In this document: positions 1-9,333 of the stretch, piece by piece
Layout of the letters: every line of letters starts with the position of its first letter
How positions within the stretch are numbered: the first letter of the stretch is position 1
Assembly: GCA_963712275.1 (NCBI GenBank)
Contig: CAVQHD010000001.1
Location: forward strand, 448,001-512,000
Origin: an uncultured Rhabdochlamydiaceae bacterium
GTDB lineage: Bacteria; Chlamydiota; Chlamydiia; Chlamydiales; Rhabdochlamydiaceae
Direction: 5' to 3'
Length of the DNA: 64,000 nt
Program-made: the position numbers and the translations under genes
Notes under the pieces: model-generated
What the model was told of the DNA's origin: nothing
Seen by the model: only the letters and a program-made list of their open reading frames with translations
Database searches by the model: none

Positions 1-644
1 CATCGAATAAGTAGATTAAAACGGCTTCCCACCTCCTCTACCACTCGCATGCAATGAGATAACCACGAAGAGTCATTTTCTCCATCAGACCAAGAAGGAG
101 CATAAAAAACAGTTTTACGATCAGCTTTGAACTTGCCAGCTAAAAACTTCTCAAGGCGGCTATCATACCACGATTGCGATCGAAGATAGTGGGGATACCG
201 GTAATTTCCTGTCATTACCGTCTTTTCAAGAAGGGACATTTCACCGGCCTTCTCAAGATGATTTTGCATATGCTCGCCATAGACAAGTGAAATATCTTTT
301 CGAATTCTTTGAAGCCCCTTATATCCTTTATCAGAATTCCCATGAGGACAGTAAACAACTCTCATTTTCTTGCCATAGGTAAGCTCCCATAGAGGAATCA
401 GCTCACTGGCAAAATAATGTCCCGATTCAAAAATGACATCGGCTCGGGAGGCAAGAAGATCCAGATTCAAATCGATCAGATCGACATGCTCAACTTGAAG
501 CCCAGGGTAAAATTCCTTGGCGACTTGAAATGCCTCCTCCTCAGAGACAAGCAAGGGGATTTCTAGCCCTTCGCATAAAACACCCAAATGATCGAGATAA
601 TGAGGGCCTCCCGTATGGACCCCAATCCATTTTTCTATTTGCAT
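1..644 (-). CDS. CDP-glycerol glycerophosphotransferase-like (TagB/TagF family) protein; 3' end runs off the window
   Basis: Manual translation from ATG at 644 gives MQIEKWIGVHTGGPHYLDHLG...VYCPHGNSDKG, sharing the LDHL and PHGNSDKG motifs with the paralog at 1286-2323. Not in the ORF track. Confidence 0.7.
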   Translation of the reverse strand, partial: MQIEKWIGVHTGGPHYLDHLGVLCEGLEIPLLVSEEEAFQVAKEFYPGLQVEHVDLIDLNLDLLASRADVIFESGHYFASELIPLWELTYGKKMRVVYCPHGNSDKGYKGLQRIRKDISLVYGEHMQNHLEKAGEMSLLEKTVMTGNYRYPHYLRSQSWYDSRLEKFLAGKFKADRKTVFYAPSWSDGENDSSWLSHCMRVVEEVGSRFNLLIR

Positions 645-655
645 ATATTCTTGAG

Positions 656-1141
656 TCAAAGTGCTATTTTCAAATTTTCCGAAGTGACTTTAACAGAGAG
701 CGGGTGAATTTTCCCTTTTTCTCTTTTAGAGATCTGTTCTAGACTAAGCTGTTGATAAAGAGACCTGAATTCTTTGTCTTTAGCATGAAGATGATCTAAT
801 ATGTAAAAGCGGATATAAAGATCTAAGGAGGGGGAAATTTGATTCTCATTACTTTCCCATTTCAAAACAGCCACATGGCTGACCCCAAACGCTTTTCCAA
901 ACTCAACTGCTGTCATTTTTAAATAAGATCGAATAAAGCCTATTTCACCACCCGTAAGAGCAGTTGGCTTATGGACAAGCGCTTCCAATACGACAAGCAT
1001 AAGTTTGTTCATATCGATATCAATATACCATTCTCCAAATTCCCTTCTCATAGGGGCGTTAATCAGTTTAATGGGAAATCCAAGGCCCTCAAATACAAAT
1101 GTTTTTTTCTTCTTTAGTATGTCGGGGCTACTTTGCTTCAC
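656..1141 (-). CDS. XRE/HTH protein, MqsA/HigA-like antitoxin (orphan)
   Basis: LTGGEIGFIRSYLKMTAVEFGKAFGVSHVAVLKWES is an XRE-type HTH; no cognate toxin is adjacent. Confidence 0.65.
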   Translation of the reverse strand: MKQSSPDILKKKKTFVFEGLGFPIKLINAPMRREFGEWYIDIDMNKLMLVVLEALVHKPTALTGGEIGFIRSYLKMTAVEFGKAFGVSHVAVLKWESNENQISPSLDLYIRFYILDHLHAKDKEFRSLYQQLSLEQISKREKGKIHPLSVKVTSENLKIAL

Positions 1142-1285
1142 TTTCTTATGGCTCTCTATGCGTATGTGTCATTATGCCTAATGTGTAATTTAATTACAAA
1201 TAAACTATTAAGCGATTGATTATAAGCGGGTTTAATTTTTTTCTTTTAAAGATATGCCGGTATTCGGGAGTATTATAAAGCCGCT

Positions 1286-2323
1286 TTACTTTAGATGTTC
1301 AAGGAGACGCTTCGAGGTCAATTCCCAAGGAATCTCCTCCCCAAACGTGTAAGTATAGAGCCTTTGCCGATCAGCGGTAAGCTCCTCCTGGCACCTTGGA
1401 AGGGCCAGAAGCAGTTGTAAAGCAGAGACATCACTGACCATTGTCCCATATCGATGCAAAAAACGGCCTGGATCATGTAGTGGGCGGTCTGCCTTATTGA
1501 AGAAAAACATCGGACGGTTAAAGCGTAAAAAATCGTACCCAATCGATGAAAAATCTCCTAATAGATGTGATGTTTGCTCAAGAAGGGGGTAGATCGGTGG
1601 AAAACGGTCAAGCCACGTCAGTCGGGGTTTGGAAGAGTAGCACAGTTTGCGCTGCTCTGTCGTAGCCAGCTCAGATTGGTTGGGGTGGGGTTTAATTACA
1701 AGCCGATGAGCATCTCCAAGCTCCTCGATGACTGCATCCACAGCCATTTCAAAAGAACTTGAGTTTTCAGCATCTTTCCAGGTCGGAGCATATAGGATAA
1801 AGGGGCCTTTTAAACCCATATCGGCTAAAAGAGTCTCATAAAATTGGCGGTGTTTTTGAAAATAAACCCACCGAAAATTGCCGACAGATACCACCGTTTG
1901 AATCGATGAAAGCGCCTGTTTAAGCGCTAAAAAATCGATCATTTTGGGACCATAAACAAGGACCATCTCCTCAGAGGATAGCGCCTCCATCCATGGAAGG
2001 AGATGCCCCTTATCTGAATTGCCATGCGGAAGCCATATAGTTTTAAGACGCTTTCTTAAAGTAGCCTCAGCGATAAAAAAAATGTCATCGAAAGCAGCTC
2101 GGGGAAGGGTTGTGACAATCACATCAAATTGCTTTGTCACTTCAAACGGAGCCTCAATTACATTCCACTGCTCTACACAAAGATCAGGATAGTAAAGCCG
2201 GCATAATTGAAAGATCTCCTCCTCAGTCACAATGAGGGGCCATCCCATCAAGCTACAGAATGGAGCAAGATGGTCTAAATGGTGCTCTAAGTTTCCTTGC
2301 AGATAACCTGCCACTTTAGTCAT
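1286..2323 (-). CDS. CDP-glycerol glycerophosphotransferase-like protein
   Basis: Motifs LYAPTW, IKPHP and GDFSSIGYDFL; likely start MTKVAG at 2323. Confidence 0.75.
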   Translation of the reverse strand: MTKVAGYLQGNLEHHLDHLAPFCSLMGWPLIVTEEEIFQLCRLYYPDLCVEQWNVIEAPFEVTKQFDVIVTTLPRAAFDDIFFIAEATLRKRLKTIWLPHGNSDKGHLLPWMEALSSEEMVLVYGPKMIDFLALKQALSSIQTVVSVGNFRWVYFQKHRQFYETLLADMGLKGPFILYAPTWKDAENSSSFEMAVDAVIEELGDAHRLVIKPHPNQSELATTEQRKLCYSSKPRLTWLDRFPPIYPLLEQTSHLLGDFSSIGYDFLRFNRPMFFFNKADRPLHDPGRFLHRYGTMVSDVSALQLLLALPRCQEELTADRQRLYTYTFGEEIPWELTSKRLLEHLK

Positions 2324-2795
2324 TCGGCATTTCTTTATAATCCTCGCAGGGAAGCGTTTCAAGGGAGATTTTGCTTTTTTTCTGAGGGGCAAGATGAGTC
2401 ATATCAGGCTCTCTGACTAAATGGACAAGCATCTCATTACGGCTAGACTGAAGGTTAATCCGATCAAGTAAAATAATGATTTGATCCCTCAAGGATAATA
2501 CTTCCCAACTATTGAAGTCTTGAGGAGGAAGGAGCTGTTCTAGTTGAGGATTAGATAGTTGAGCGATCGCTTCAAGTTTTTCCATTGCTTTTTGCTTATC
2601 TCTGCGAAGCTCTTCTAGCTGTTTTATCAAAGAGGCTCTCTCTTCCATCATCGCCTTCTTATACTTTTCTTCTTTTTTAAGAATAAATTGCTCTTCCAGA
2701 TTCATATTGGCAAGAAGCTGCCTAATCGTCTCAAGTTCTCGTTTCATCACCACTTGAAGACGGTCATGTATTTCTGTCCATGTGATCAATTCCAT
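2316..2795 (-). CDS. Coiled-coil hypothetical protein, possibly FlgN-like chaperone fold
   Basis: All-helical ORF with likely start MELITW at 2795; the family is only an impression. Confidence 0.45.
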   Translation of the reverse strand: MELITWTEIHDRLQVVMKRELETIRQLLANMNLEEQFILKKEEKYKKAMMEERASLIKQLEELRRDKQKAMEKLEAIAQLSNPQLEQLLPPQDFNSWEVLSLRDQIIILLDRINLQSSRNEMLVHLVREPDMTHLAPQKKSKISLETLPCEDYKEMPND

Positions 2796-2844
2796 ACTTT
2801 TTATCCTCCGCCCAAGAATAGATGCAGGAGGCGTGCCAATCTGT

Positions 2845-2869
2845 AGAGCCAGTTGCAAAACTCGCTTTG
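2845..2869. repeat. Truncated end of the ~165-bp palindromic element family
   Basis: agagccagttgcaaaactcgctttg nearly matches the left end of 53713-53877. Confidence 0.6.
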
Positions 2870-2943
2870 TAACCTGTTTATTTTAACCCATTTCCAACTA
2901 CCCGTCGGTTTGATATAGTTAAAGTCAGCCGGAAAGAAACTCC

Positions 2944-3939
2944 ATGCAGCGCATAAAAGAGTGGTTTTTAAAAAATCAACGGGATCTCCCCTGGAGGCAT
3001 AACCGAACTCCCTATCGAGTTTGGGTTTCTGAAGTGATGCTTCAACAAACCCAGGTCTCAGTCGTTATTCCTTATTTTTTACGGTGGATGCAAAAATTTC
3101 CTACCCTGGAGTCCCTAGCTCATGCCTCCGAAGAGGATGTCATCAAAGCATGGGAGGGACTTGGATATTATAGCCGAGCTAGAAATCTTCACAAAACCGC
3201 TTGCCTTCTCACCAGCCTCCGAAAAGGAGAAATTCCCTCCATTGCCAAAGAGCTTCAAGCACTTCCAGGATTCGGATCTTATACAGTTGGAGCTGTTTTA
3301 AGCTTTGCTTTTCAGCAAAAAGCCCCCGCTGTCGATGGAAATGTCATCCGGGTTCTTTCCCGCTATTTCGCCTCTTCTCAAGACTGCTCCAAAAGAGAGC
3401 ACTACGAACAGCTTACCCTCTCAGTCCTTCCAGAGAAAGAGCCTTGGATTGTGATGGAAGCGCTCATCGAGCTCGGAGCCCAGGTCTGCCTCCGAAAGCC
3501 CGAGTGCGCTAAATGCCCCATTCTAGAAGGGTGCCAGGCTTATCGCGAGGGGCGAGTCTCTGACTTTCCCATCCCTCGAAAACGGCCCCCTACGACCCTG
3601 CTTCAACGGCAAGTCGCTGTAATTTGCGCAAGCCACCTTGTTTTGGTCCATCAACAAAAAGGCCGAAAAGTGATGTCAGGCCTGTATGAATTTCCCTATG
3701 CCTCCACTGATCAGCCGCTTCCTATCCAGATACCCCTTAAAAAAATAGTTGACTTCCCAAGAGTTAAGCATGGCTTTACTCGGTATGACGTAACTCTTTT
3801 CCCCACCCTCTACAAGGCAGAGCATCCAGATACCATTGCTGGATATGAGTGGCGTGATTGGAAAACGTTAAAAGAACTCCCCTTTTCCTCAGGACATCGG
3901 AGAATTTTGGAGATGCTGAGTGCACATTTTACACACTGA
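2944..3939 (+). CDS. mutY: A/G-specific adenine glycosylase
   Basis: Motifs WVSEVMLQQTQV, WEGLGYYSRARNL, HhH LPGFG, VDGNVIRV and a 4Fe-4S Cys cluster. Confidence 0.95.
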   Translation: MQRIKEWFLKNQRDLPWRHNRTPYRVWVSEVMLQQTQVSVVIPYFLRWMQKFPTLESLAHASEEDVIKAWEGLGYYSRARNLHKTACLLTSLRKGEIPSIAKELQALPGFGSYTVGAVLSFAFQQKAPAVDGNVIRVLSRYFASSQDCSKREHYEQLTLSVLPEKEPWIVMEALIELGAQVCLRKPECAKCPILEGCQAYREGRVSDFPIPRKRPPTTLLQRQVAVICASHLVLVHQQKGRKVMSGLYEFPYASTDQPLPIQIPLKKIVDFPRVKHGFTRYDVTLFPTLYKAEHPDTIAGYEWRDWKTLKELPFSSGHRRILEMLSAHFTH

Positions 3940-5014
3940 AAGCTCTAATGGGTGGGGAGGGCAGGAGATTCGAATTCTCAAAGAATCGACTGGGCTTCGC
4001 GCTCAAGGATATCAGATCTCTCTTGCCGTCTGCCGTGGAGGAAAATTAGTCGATTATGCACGCAAAGAAGGATTTAATGTCATTGAAATTGACTTTCGGA
4101 GATCTCATGCTTTAAAAGCTCTCTGGGGCCTTTGCCAAATGATCTCCCAGCATCACATCGATCTTGTCAATACTCACAGCTCTCTTGATGCATGGCTCGG
4201 GGGAGTTGCAGCACGCCTCATGAGAAAGCCGATTGTTCGCACCCGCCATCTTTCAACTTTTATCCGAGGAGGACTGAATGCAAGGCTGCTTTACAACTCC
4301 CTTGCTGACTTTGTTGTGACAACCTCTTCCGGTCTTATTCCCATTCTCCAAAAAAAAGCACGCCTTCCAGCCAACCGAATTCAATGTATTCCAACGGGCG
4401 TCGAGCCCTTTCAAACAGCTCCAGAATCTGCCCGAGCTTTTCGCCGCTCTTTGAATGTCCAAGACGATGATATTTTAATTGGCTCGGTCTGCGTGGTTCG
4501 ATCCTGGAAAGGCATTCAAGACTTGATCGCAGCCGCAAAACTCTTACGCCATGATCCCCGACTAAAATGGGTCGTTGTGGGAGGAGGGTATTTACACCAC
4601 TTCAAGCCCCTTGTCGATCCTGACCTTCCCCTCATTTTCACCGGCCACTTAGAAGACCCCCGCCCCGCAATTGCCGCCCTCGATATTTTTGCTCTTCTAA
4701 GCACAGCCCATGAAGGCATCTCCCAGGCATCGCTGCAAGCCGCTTTTCTGCAAAAGCCACTCATTACAACAACCATTGGAGGGCTCCCTGAGGTCTGCCA
4801 AGATACGATTACCGGCTTTACAGTTCCTCCTTCTTCACCAGAAAAAGTCGCAAACGCCGTCCTTCGCCTTGCCAAAGAGCCCCTCCTTAGACATCAAATG
4901 GGGCAAGCAGCCCACCAGCTTGTCCTCCAAAAATACACCCTCCAGCATACCTTGGAGGGAATGGCAGGGGTGTTTAACGCGGCTACTTGTCCAAGATTAG
5001 ATTGCGGTTATTAA
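3920..5014 (+). CDS. GT4 family glycosyltransferase
   Basis: HTESSNGWGGQE N-terminus; HEGISQASLQA and GGLPE GT-B motifs. Confidence 0.85.
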   Translation: MHILHTESSNGWGGQEIRILKESTGLRAQGYQISLAVCRGGKLVDYARKEGFNVIEIDFRRSHALKALWGLCQMISQHHIDLVNTHSSLDAWLGGVAARLMRKPIVRTRHLSTFIRGGLNARLLYNSLADFVVTTSSGLIPILQKKARLPANRIQCIPTGVEPFQTAPESARAFRRSLNVQDDDILIGSVCVVRSWKGIQDLIAAAKLLRHDPRLKWVVVGGGYLHHFKPLVDPDLPLIFTGHLEDPRPAIAALDIFALLSTAHEGISQASLQAAFLQKPLITTTIGGLPEVCQDTITGFTVPPSSPEKVANAVLRLAKEPLLRHQMGQAAHQLVLQKYTLQHTLEGMAGVFNAATCPRLDCGY

Positions 5015-6316
5015 ACGAGGAATTTGCTCTATCATATAGAAGGGCACTGAGAGAATGTTATTTTCGAATGAGAGTGGAGCTTGAGATATCCGAATCCCTA
5101 GAGGAACTTTCTTCTCCAGCATAAATTGCCTAAGAGATCTTAAACTCCCTTTTTCACCTGCTTTGACTTCGATGGGAATCAGATGAGACCCTACTTCAAT
5201 GACGTAATCAATTTCTGCATCAGCTCCTTGTTTTTCCCTCTCCCAGTAATAAAGTTGTGCCGGGCTATACGGCTTTGCATAAGCAACGAGCTCTTGTCCA
5301 ACAAATTGTTCGCCCAGGACTCCTCTATTAGTAAGATTTAAGTCCTCCATATCCATCACCGATTGAGCAGCTGCTTGCGGAAGCAGTCCAATATCAAGGA
5401 ACAGCAATTTAAATTTCTTCTCATTTTTCTGGACGGCTAAAGGAAGTCCTGAGGCAGCGTTTGCAAAGACTTGATGGATAATTCCCGTTCGAGCTAATAC
5501 ATCAAGCGGCTCCAAATAATCGCGTGCTTGAGCATGGGCATGGATCTTAGCGTACTTAAAATGCTCACAGGCAAGCCTCGGCACTGCTTCAAATAAAAGC
5601 CGCATAAACTTTTGCTTCGAGCTCCGCGGATACTTGCCGATATCGTTTTCATAGGTATTCAATAAATGTTGATGAATAGGATCGAGACCTAAAAATTGCT
5701 GGGTTTTAAGAAAGAAAGAAACAGCCTCGGGCATTCCTCCCACAATGAAATATTCTTTCACAAATTGAAGAAGTTGCGCATGGGTTGCAGCTCCAACGGG
5801 TTGATCGGGAGTTGCTTCTTGAAGCCATGAAAGAGCTTCTTTCTCTTCTTTGGACTCTAAAAATTCAGTAAAGGAGAGAGGCCTCATATAAAAATACTCG
5901 ATCCTCCCTACAGGAAAAGAAAACTGTTCATCTCCTAAGATAAACTCAAGGAGAGATCCAGCTCCAATAACATGGAGCTCCGGCATTTTTTCTTTAAAAA
6001 ACCGAAGACTCAGAAGCGCGTTAGGACAAGCTTGTATTTCATCAAAAAACAAAAGGGTTTTCCCAGGAATAATCGGCTGTTTCATGCGTGCCGATAAATC
6101 GCGTACGATGAGGGAAGGGCTTAAGTCACCTTCAAATGCCTTTCTAACCTCTCTCATCTCTTCAAAATTCACCGTTAGCATAGACTCGAAATACTTCTGT
6201 CCAAATTTTTCGATGAGGTAGGTCTTCCCAATTTGTCTAGCCCCTCTGACAAGAAGAGGTTTACGGCCTAACCGCTCTTTCCACTCAACTAACTCTTTTT
6301 CGATGATTCTCTTCAT
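4997..6316 (-). CDS. AAA+ ATPase with DUF4143-type C-terminus
   Basis: GARQIGKT Walker A, FFDEIQ Walker B, and C-terminal EIDY...PIEVKAG. Confidence 0.85.
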   Translation of the reverse strand: MKRIIEKELVEWKERLGRKPLLVRGARQIGKTYLIEKFGQKYFESMLTVNFEEMREVRKAFEGDLSPSLIVRDLSARMKQPIIPGKTLLFFDEIQACPNALLSLRFFKEKMPELHVIGAGSLLEFILGDEQFSFPVGRIEYFYMRPLSFTEFLESKEEKEALSWLQEATPDQPVGAATHAQLLQFVKEYFIVGGMPEAVSFFLKTQQFLGLDPIHQHLLNTYENDIGKYPRSSKQKFMRLLFEAVPRLACEHFKYAKIHAHAQARDYLEPLDVLARTGIIHQVFANAASGLPLAVQKNEKKFKLLFLDIGLLPQAAAQSVMDMEDLNLTNRGVLGEQFVGQELVAYAKPYSPAQLYYWEREKQGADAEIDYVIEVGSHLIPIEVKAGEKGSLRSLRQFMLEKKVPLGIRISQAPLSFENNILSVPFYMIEQIPRLITAI

Positions 6317-6611
6317 ACTACCGATCTATTTTCTGCACTTTTGCATGAAATAGGGGGGTTATTTTCTTCAATTTTGCAGAAAATAAGGGTTTGGTCAAGT
6401 GCAGTTTTTTTATAAATACCTTTTACAAGACACTTTAATTCTATAAGCTATTAAAAAACAGCTTGTTACAATTAATCTCGCAGCCAGCTAAAAATTTTGC
6501 TATCCGAACTTTAGCTCGCCTTTGTGCCTTTTTGTGCAGTAGACTGCACAAAAAAGCCTATTTTTGTGCAGTCTAATGCACAAAAAAAGCTTTTTTGTTA
6601 AATTTTGTGAA

Positions 6612-7349
6612 ATGGAAAAAATACCGTTTGGAAAGTTTGGATTTATCCAAAAAGAGGCCCTTGAATGGATTCGGCGCCATCTTCTGTCCTTCATGGGGAT
6701 AACAGGCTTTGTCATTGCGATGGCCTTTTGGAGTGTGCACCAGTGGTCCATGCGAGGGTCGCCTGCAGATTATCTATCGGCTGAGGTCGCTTTTAATGAA
6801 TGGACAGGGGATCGAAGCGAGCATTTTATCAAGCTTCACAAGCTTCTTAAACAACACCCTGAGCTTCATGCCAAATACGATGGCCGCATTGCGCAAAAAC
6901 TCCTCCTCAGCAGCCAGCAGGGACTTGCAGCAAGCTTTTCAAAAGCCACGCATACGCGTATTGGCAGCCTTTCCCCTTACTACAAACAATTTTCAAACTG
7001 CTCTCTTCTGATTGGAGAGAAAAAGCTTCAAGAGGCCCTTCTGCAATCGCAGCAGTTAAAACAGATGCTCGATGAGGATGATCAGTTTTGGCAAACAAAG
7101 AGCGAAATCGTCAAACACGGAGCAGTGCTCTATGGATACAATCTTTTACGCATCGCTTTTTTAGAACAAGCCCTTGGAAATGCTCAGGGGGAATTAGAGG
7201 CCTGGCAGGAATTTAGGAGAAATAGCACTAAACAGCTCGACCCCGAAGCCTACCATCTAATTGGGCAAAATTTTCAAAAAAACGACATCTCTCTTCAAGA
7301 TTTCATTGAGCATCGAGAGGAAGCGCTCTCTAAAACTCACATCCGCTGA
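6612..7349 (+). CDS. Hypothetical membrane-anchored protein
   Basis: ORF with one N-terminal hydrophobic helix. Confidence 0.6.
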   Translation: MEKIPFGKFGFIQKEALEWIRRHLLSFMGITGFVIAMAFWSVHQWSMRGSPADYLSAEVAFNEWTGDRSEHFIKLHKLLKQHPELHAKYDGRIAQKLLLSSQQGLAASFSKATHTRIGSLSPYYKQFSNCSLLIGEKKLQEALLQSQQLKQMLDEDDQFWQTKSEIVKHGAVLYGYNLLRIAFLEQALGNAQGELEAWQEFRRNSTKQLDPEAYHLIGQNFQKNDISLQDFIEHREEALSKTHIR

Positions 7350-7717
7350 GATGCATCGCTTGCCATCTGATGGATCGCCCTTCCGCCGGCAATCCCTACA
7401 ATTAAAAAGATAAGAAAGGGGACAATGCAAGCTAAAATAAGAGCGACGACTCCCAAGACAATTTGAACTGTTTTATCTTGCCGAAAAATGAACTGAAAGA
7501 CTTTTTTCAGGAGAAAATCTGTTTTCACAGGGAGGATAATGCCGAGAATACCGCCTGCCATCCCTAGAAAAACACTCCATCCCGACCTAAAACTTCCGAC
7601 GATTCCAAAAATACAAGCAAAGAGAAACACCAAGCAAAAAAACACTTCAAACCGATGCCTTTTTGCAAACTCTTCAATCTCTCTTACAGACATTCCTTCT
7701 TTTTTATTTCCATCCAT
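7337..7717 (-). CDS. Small multi-TM membrane protein
   Basis: 126 aa with 3-4 hydrophobic segments. Confidence 0.7.
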   Translation of the reverse strand: MDGNKKEGMSVREIEEFAKRHRFEVFFCLVFLFACIFGIVGSFRSGWSVFLGMAGGILGIILPVKTDFLLKKVFQFIFRQDKTVQIVLGVVALILACIVPFLIFLIVGIAGGRAIHQMASDASQRM

Positions 7718-7804
7718 ACTTCCCTCGCTTTCTTCGCACTTTATCTATAAACATTCTTTTTTGCAATCTCTGCCATCAACCGAGCTCTTTAAAATATTGA
7801 AAGG

Positions 7805-9163
7805 ATGCCCTACACTTTTACCGAGATGGAATTCATAACCCACACAGCATTTATAGACAAATGGATGCTTCAGATCTATCGATGTCTTTTTGCTTTTGCA
7901 GTCCTTTTATCAATTGCGTTGGGGGGATATTTAGTATTGGGAGGAGCGAAGTCTTCAGAAGGTAAAAAGGCTTCCTTTTCGATTGAAAAAGAGGTTTTAG
8001 GTCAGGGCTTGCTCGCCTTGAATTCTTGTAGAGAGCCGTTGATTCTTCAAGAGTTGCTTTTGGTCGGCGTCAATACAAGGCCTGATCAAGATCGACAATT
8101 TTCTTTAGCTCTTCGCTCAACAGGCGAGCAGAAAATAGGGACACTGGGCGAAACAATTTTCTTGCAGCAAGTCCATGGAACTTGGATGTTCTCAACAGAA
8201 CCAGAACTTTCTTTAACGCCTTATTCTGTGGAGGGGACGCAGCTTCTCTGCAAGCTTAACAACGACCAGGCTGTTTTGACACCTTCCTCGCTCTTTTTGC
8301 GGCCGCTTGCCCACGAGAGCTATGTGGAGGCGCTAAAAAAAGGGACGGCTTGGGGAACCGATGTCTTTTTAGCAGGCTGGGGAGGGGACGAATATCGAAA
8401 CTTAACACAAAAGGTCAAAGTGGCAATTGGCCCCAGTGTTTACTTTCTAAACGTGGGGGATTGTCTGTATTGGAATGGAGAAAAGTGGACGGAGGACCCG
8501 TCAATGAATAACTTCCTCATCTTAAACCGCGCGAAAGCTCCCGCAATTGAGTTGTCGGAGAGGGGGGAAGTATCGATGAATACACCCCCCCTCTCCGACA
8601 ATCTCAATCCCGGGGCTTTGGCGCGGTTTAAGATGGGAAGTTATTCATTGACGGGTCCTGAGAAAGCGGTGGGCCCGATCGCCCAGCTTGTGAGAGGGTC
8701 CTCGCAAGGAGTCGACTTTCAAGTGTGGGATGAGACAGGTTTCTCATCAGAAAAGATTCATCTCGCTATGGAAAGCTCCCCTAAAACATCTTTTAAAATG
8801 GATGAGCTTATGACTGCCATCCGTCCTCGCACCGCATCAGAGATCACCTGCCAGCTTGGGAAAAGACGTGTCATCCTCAAAGAAGGAGACTGGTGGATTC
8901 GAACAGATCGCAGGTGGAAGCCGGTTCGAACAGCTGCAGACCTTGAAGCCTGTTTGCATCATCAAATCGCCGGAGAGCTTTTTATCTTTGAAAAAATTGA
9001 AACAACGAAAGGAAAAGTGACACTAAAAGGACAGGCTTTCGATCGGATGCGCACCTTCTCAGAACCTGTCTCACTCACTGTGCATACTGAAAAAAAACTG
9101 CTCCATTTAGCTGAAAAACCTTCCCAAAAATCGTCTGTCCCTCTTGCTAAGAAGCTGCCTTAA
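7805..9163 (+). CDS. T2SS-locus hypothetical protein carrying an in-frame palindromic insertion
   Basis: N-terminal TM segment; lies directly upstream of the secretin; contains the 8493-8659 hairpin. Confidence 0.65.
   Translation: MPYTFTEMEFITHTAFIDKWMLQIYRCLFAFAVLLSIALGGYLVLGGAKSSEGKKASFSIEKEVLGQGLLALNSCREPLILQELLLVGVNTRPDQDRQFSLALRSTGEQKIGTLGETIFLQQVHGTWMFSTEPELSLTPYSVEGTQLLCKLNNDQAVLTPSSLFLRPLAHESYVEALKKGTAWGTDVFLAGWGGDEYRNLTQKVKVAIGPSVYFLNVGDCLYWNGEKWTEDPSMNNFLILNRAKAPAIELSERGEVSMNTPPLSDNLNPGALARFKMGSYSLTGPEKAVGPIAQLVRGSSQGVDFQVWDETGFSSEKIHLAMESSPKTSFKMDELMTAIRPRTASEITCQLGKRRVILKEGDWWIRTDRRWKPVRTAADLEACLHHQIAGELFIFEKIETTKGKVTLKGQAFDRMRTFSEPVSLTVHTEKKLLHLAEKPSQKSSVPLAKKLP
8493..8659. repeat. 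167-bp palindromic element inside a CDS
   Basis: Arms aggacccgtcaatgaataacttcc...cttaaaccgcgc and gcgcggtttaag...ggaagttattcattgacgggtcct are near-perfect inverted repeats. Confidence 0.9.
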
Positions 9164-9320
9164 AACTCAGGGTTCGTCACTTTTTGGAGGATTTTTGGCC
9201 AATTTTCGCTTTATTTGGTGGGGGTAATATACGAAAGTTGATATAACCCCCACCAAATAAAGCGAAAATTGGCTCAAAAAGCCCCAAAAATCGACAGAAG
9301 CTGAGCTTTAAGATAGCTTC
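9151..9320. repeat. 170-bp palindromic MITE-like element flanked by TAA
   Basis: Ends gaagct/agcttc; inner stem ccaattttcgctttatttggtggggg/cccccaccaaataaagcgaaaattgg; TAA on both sides. Confidence 0.85.
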
Positions 9321-9333
9321 TAAGGGCCCGTAA

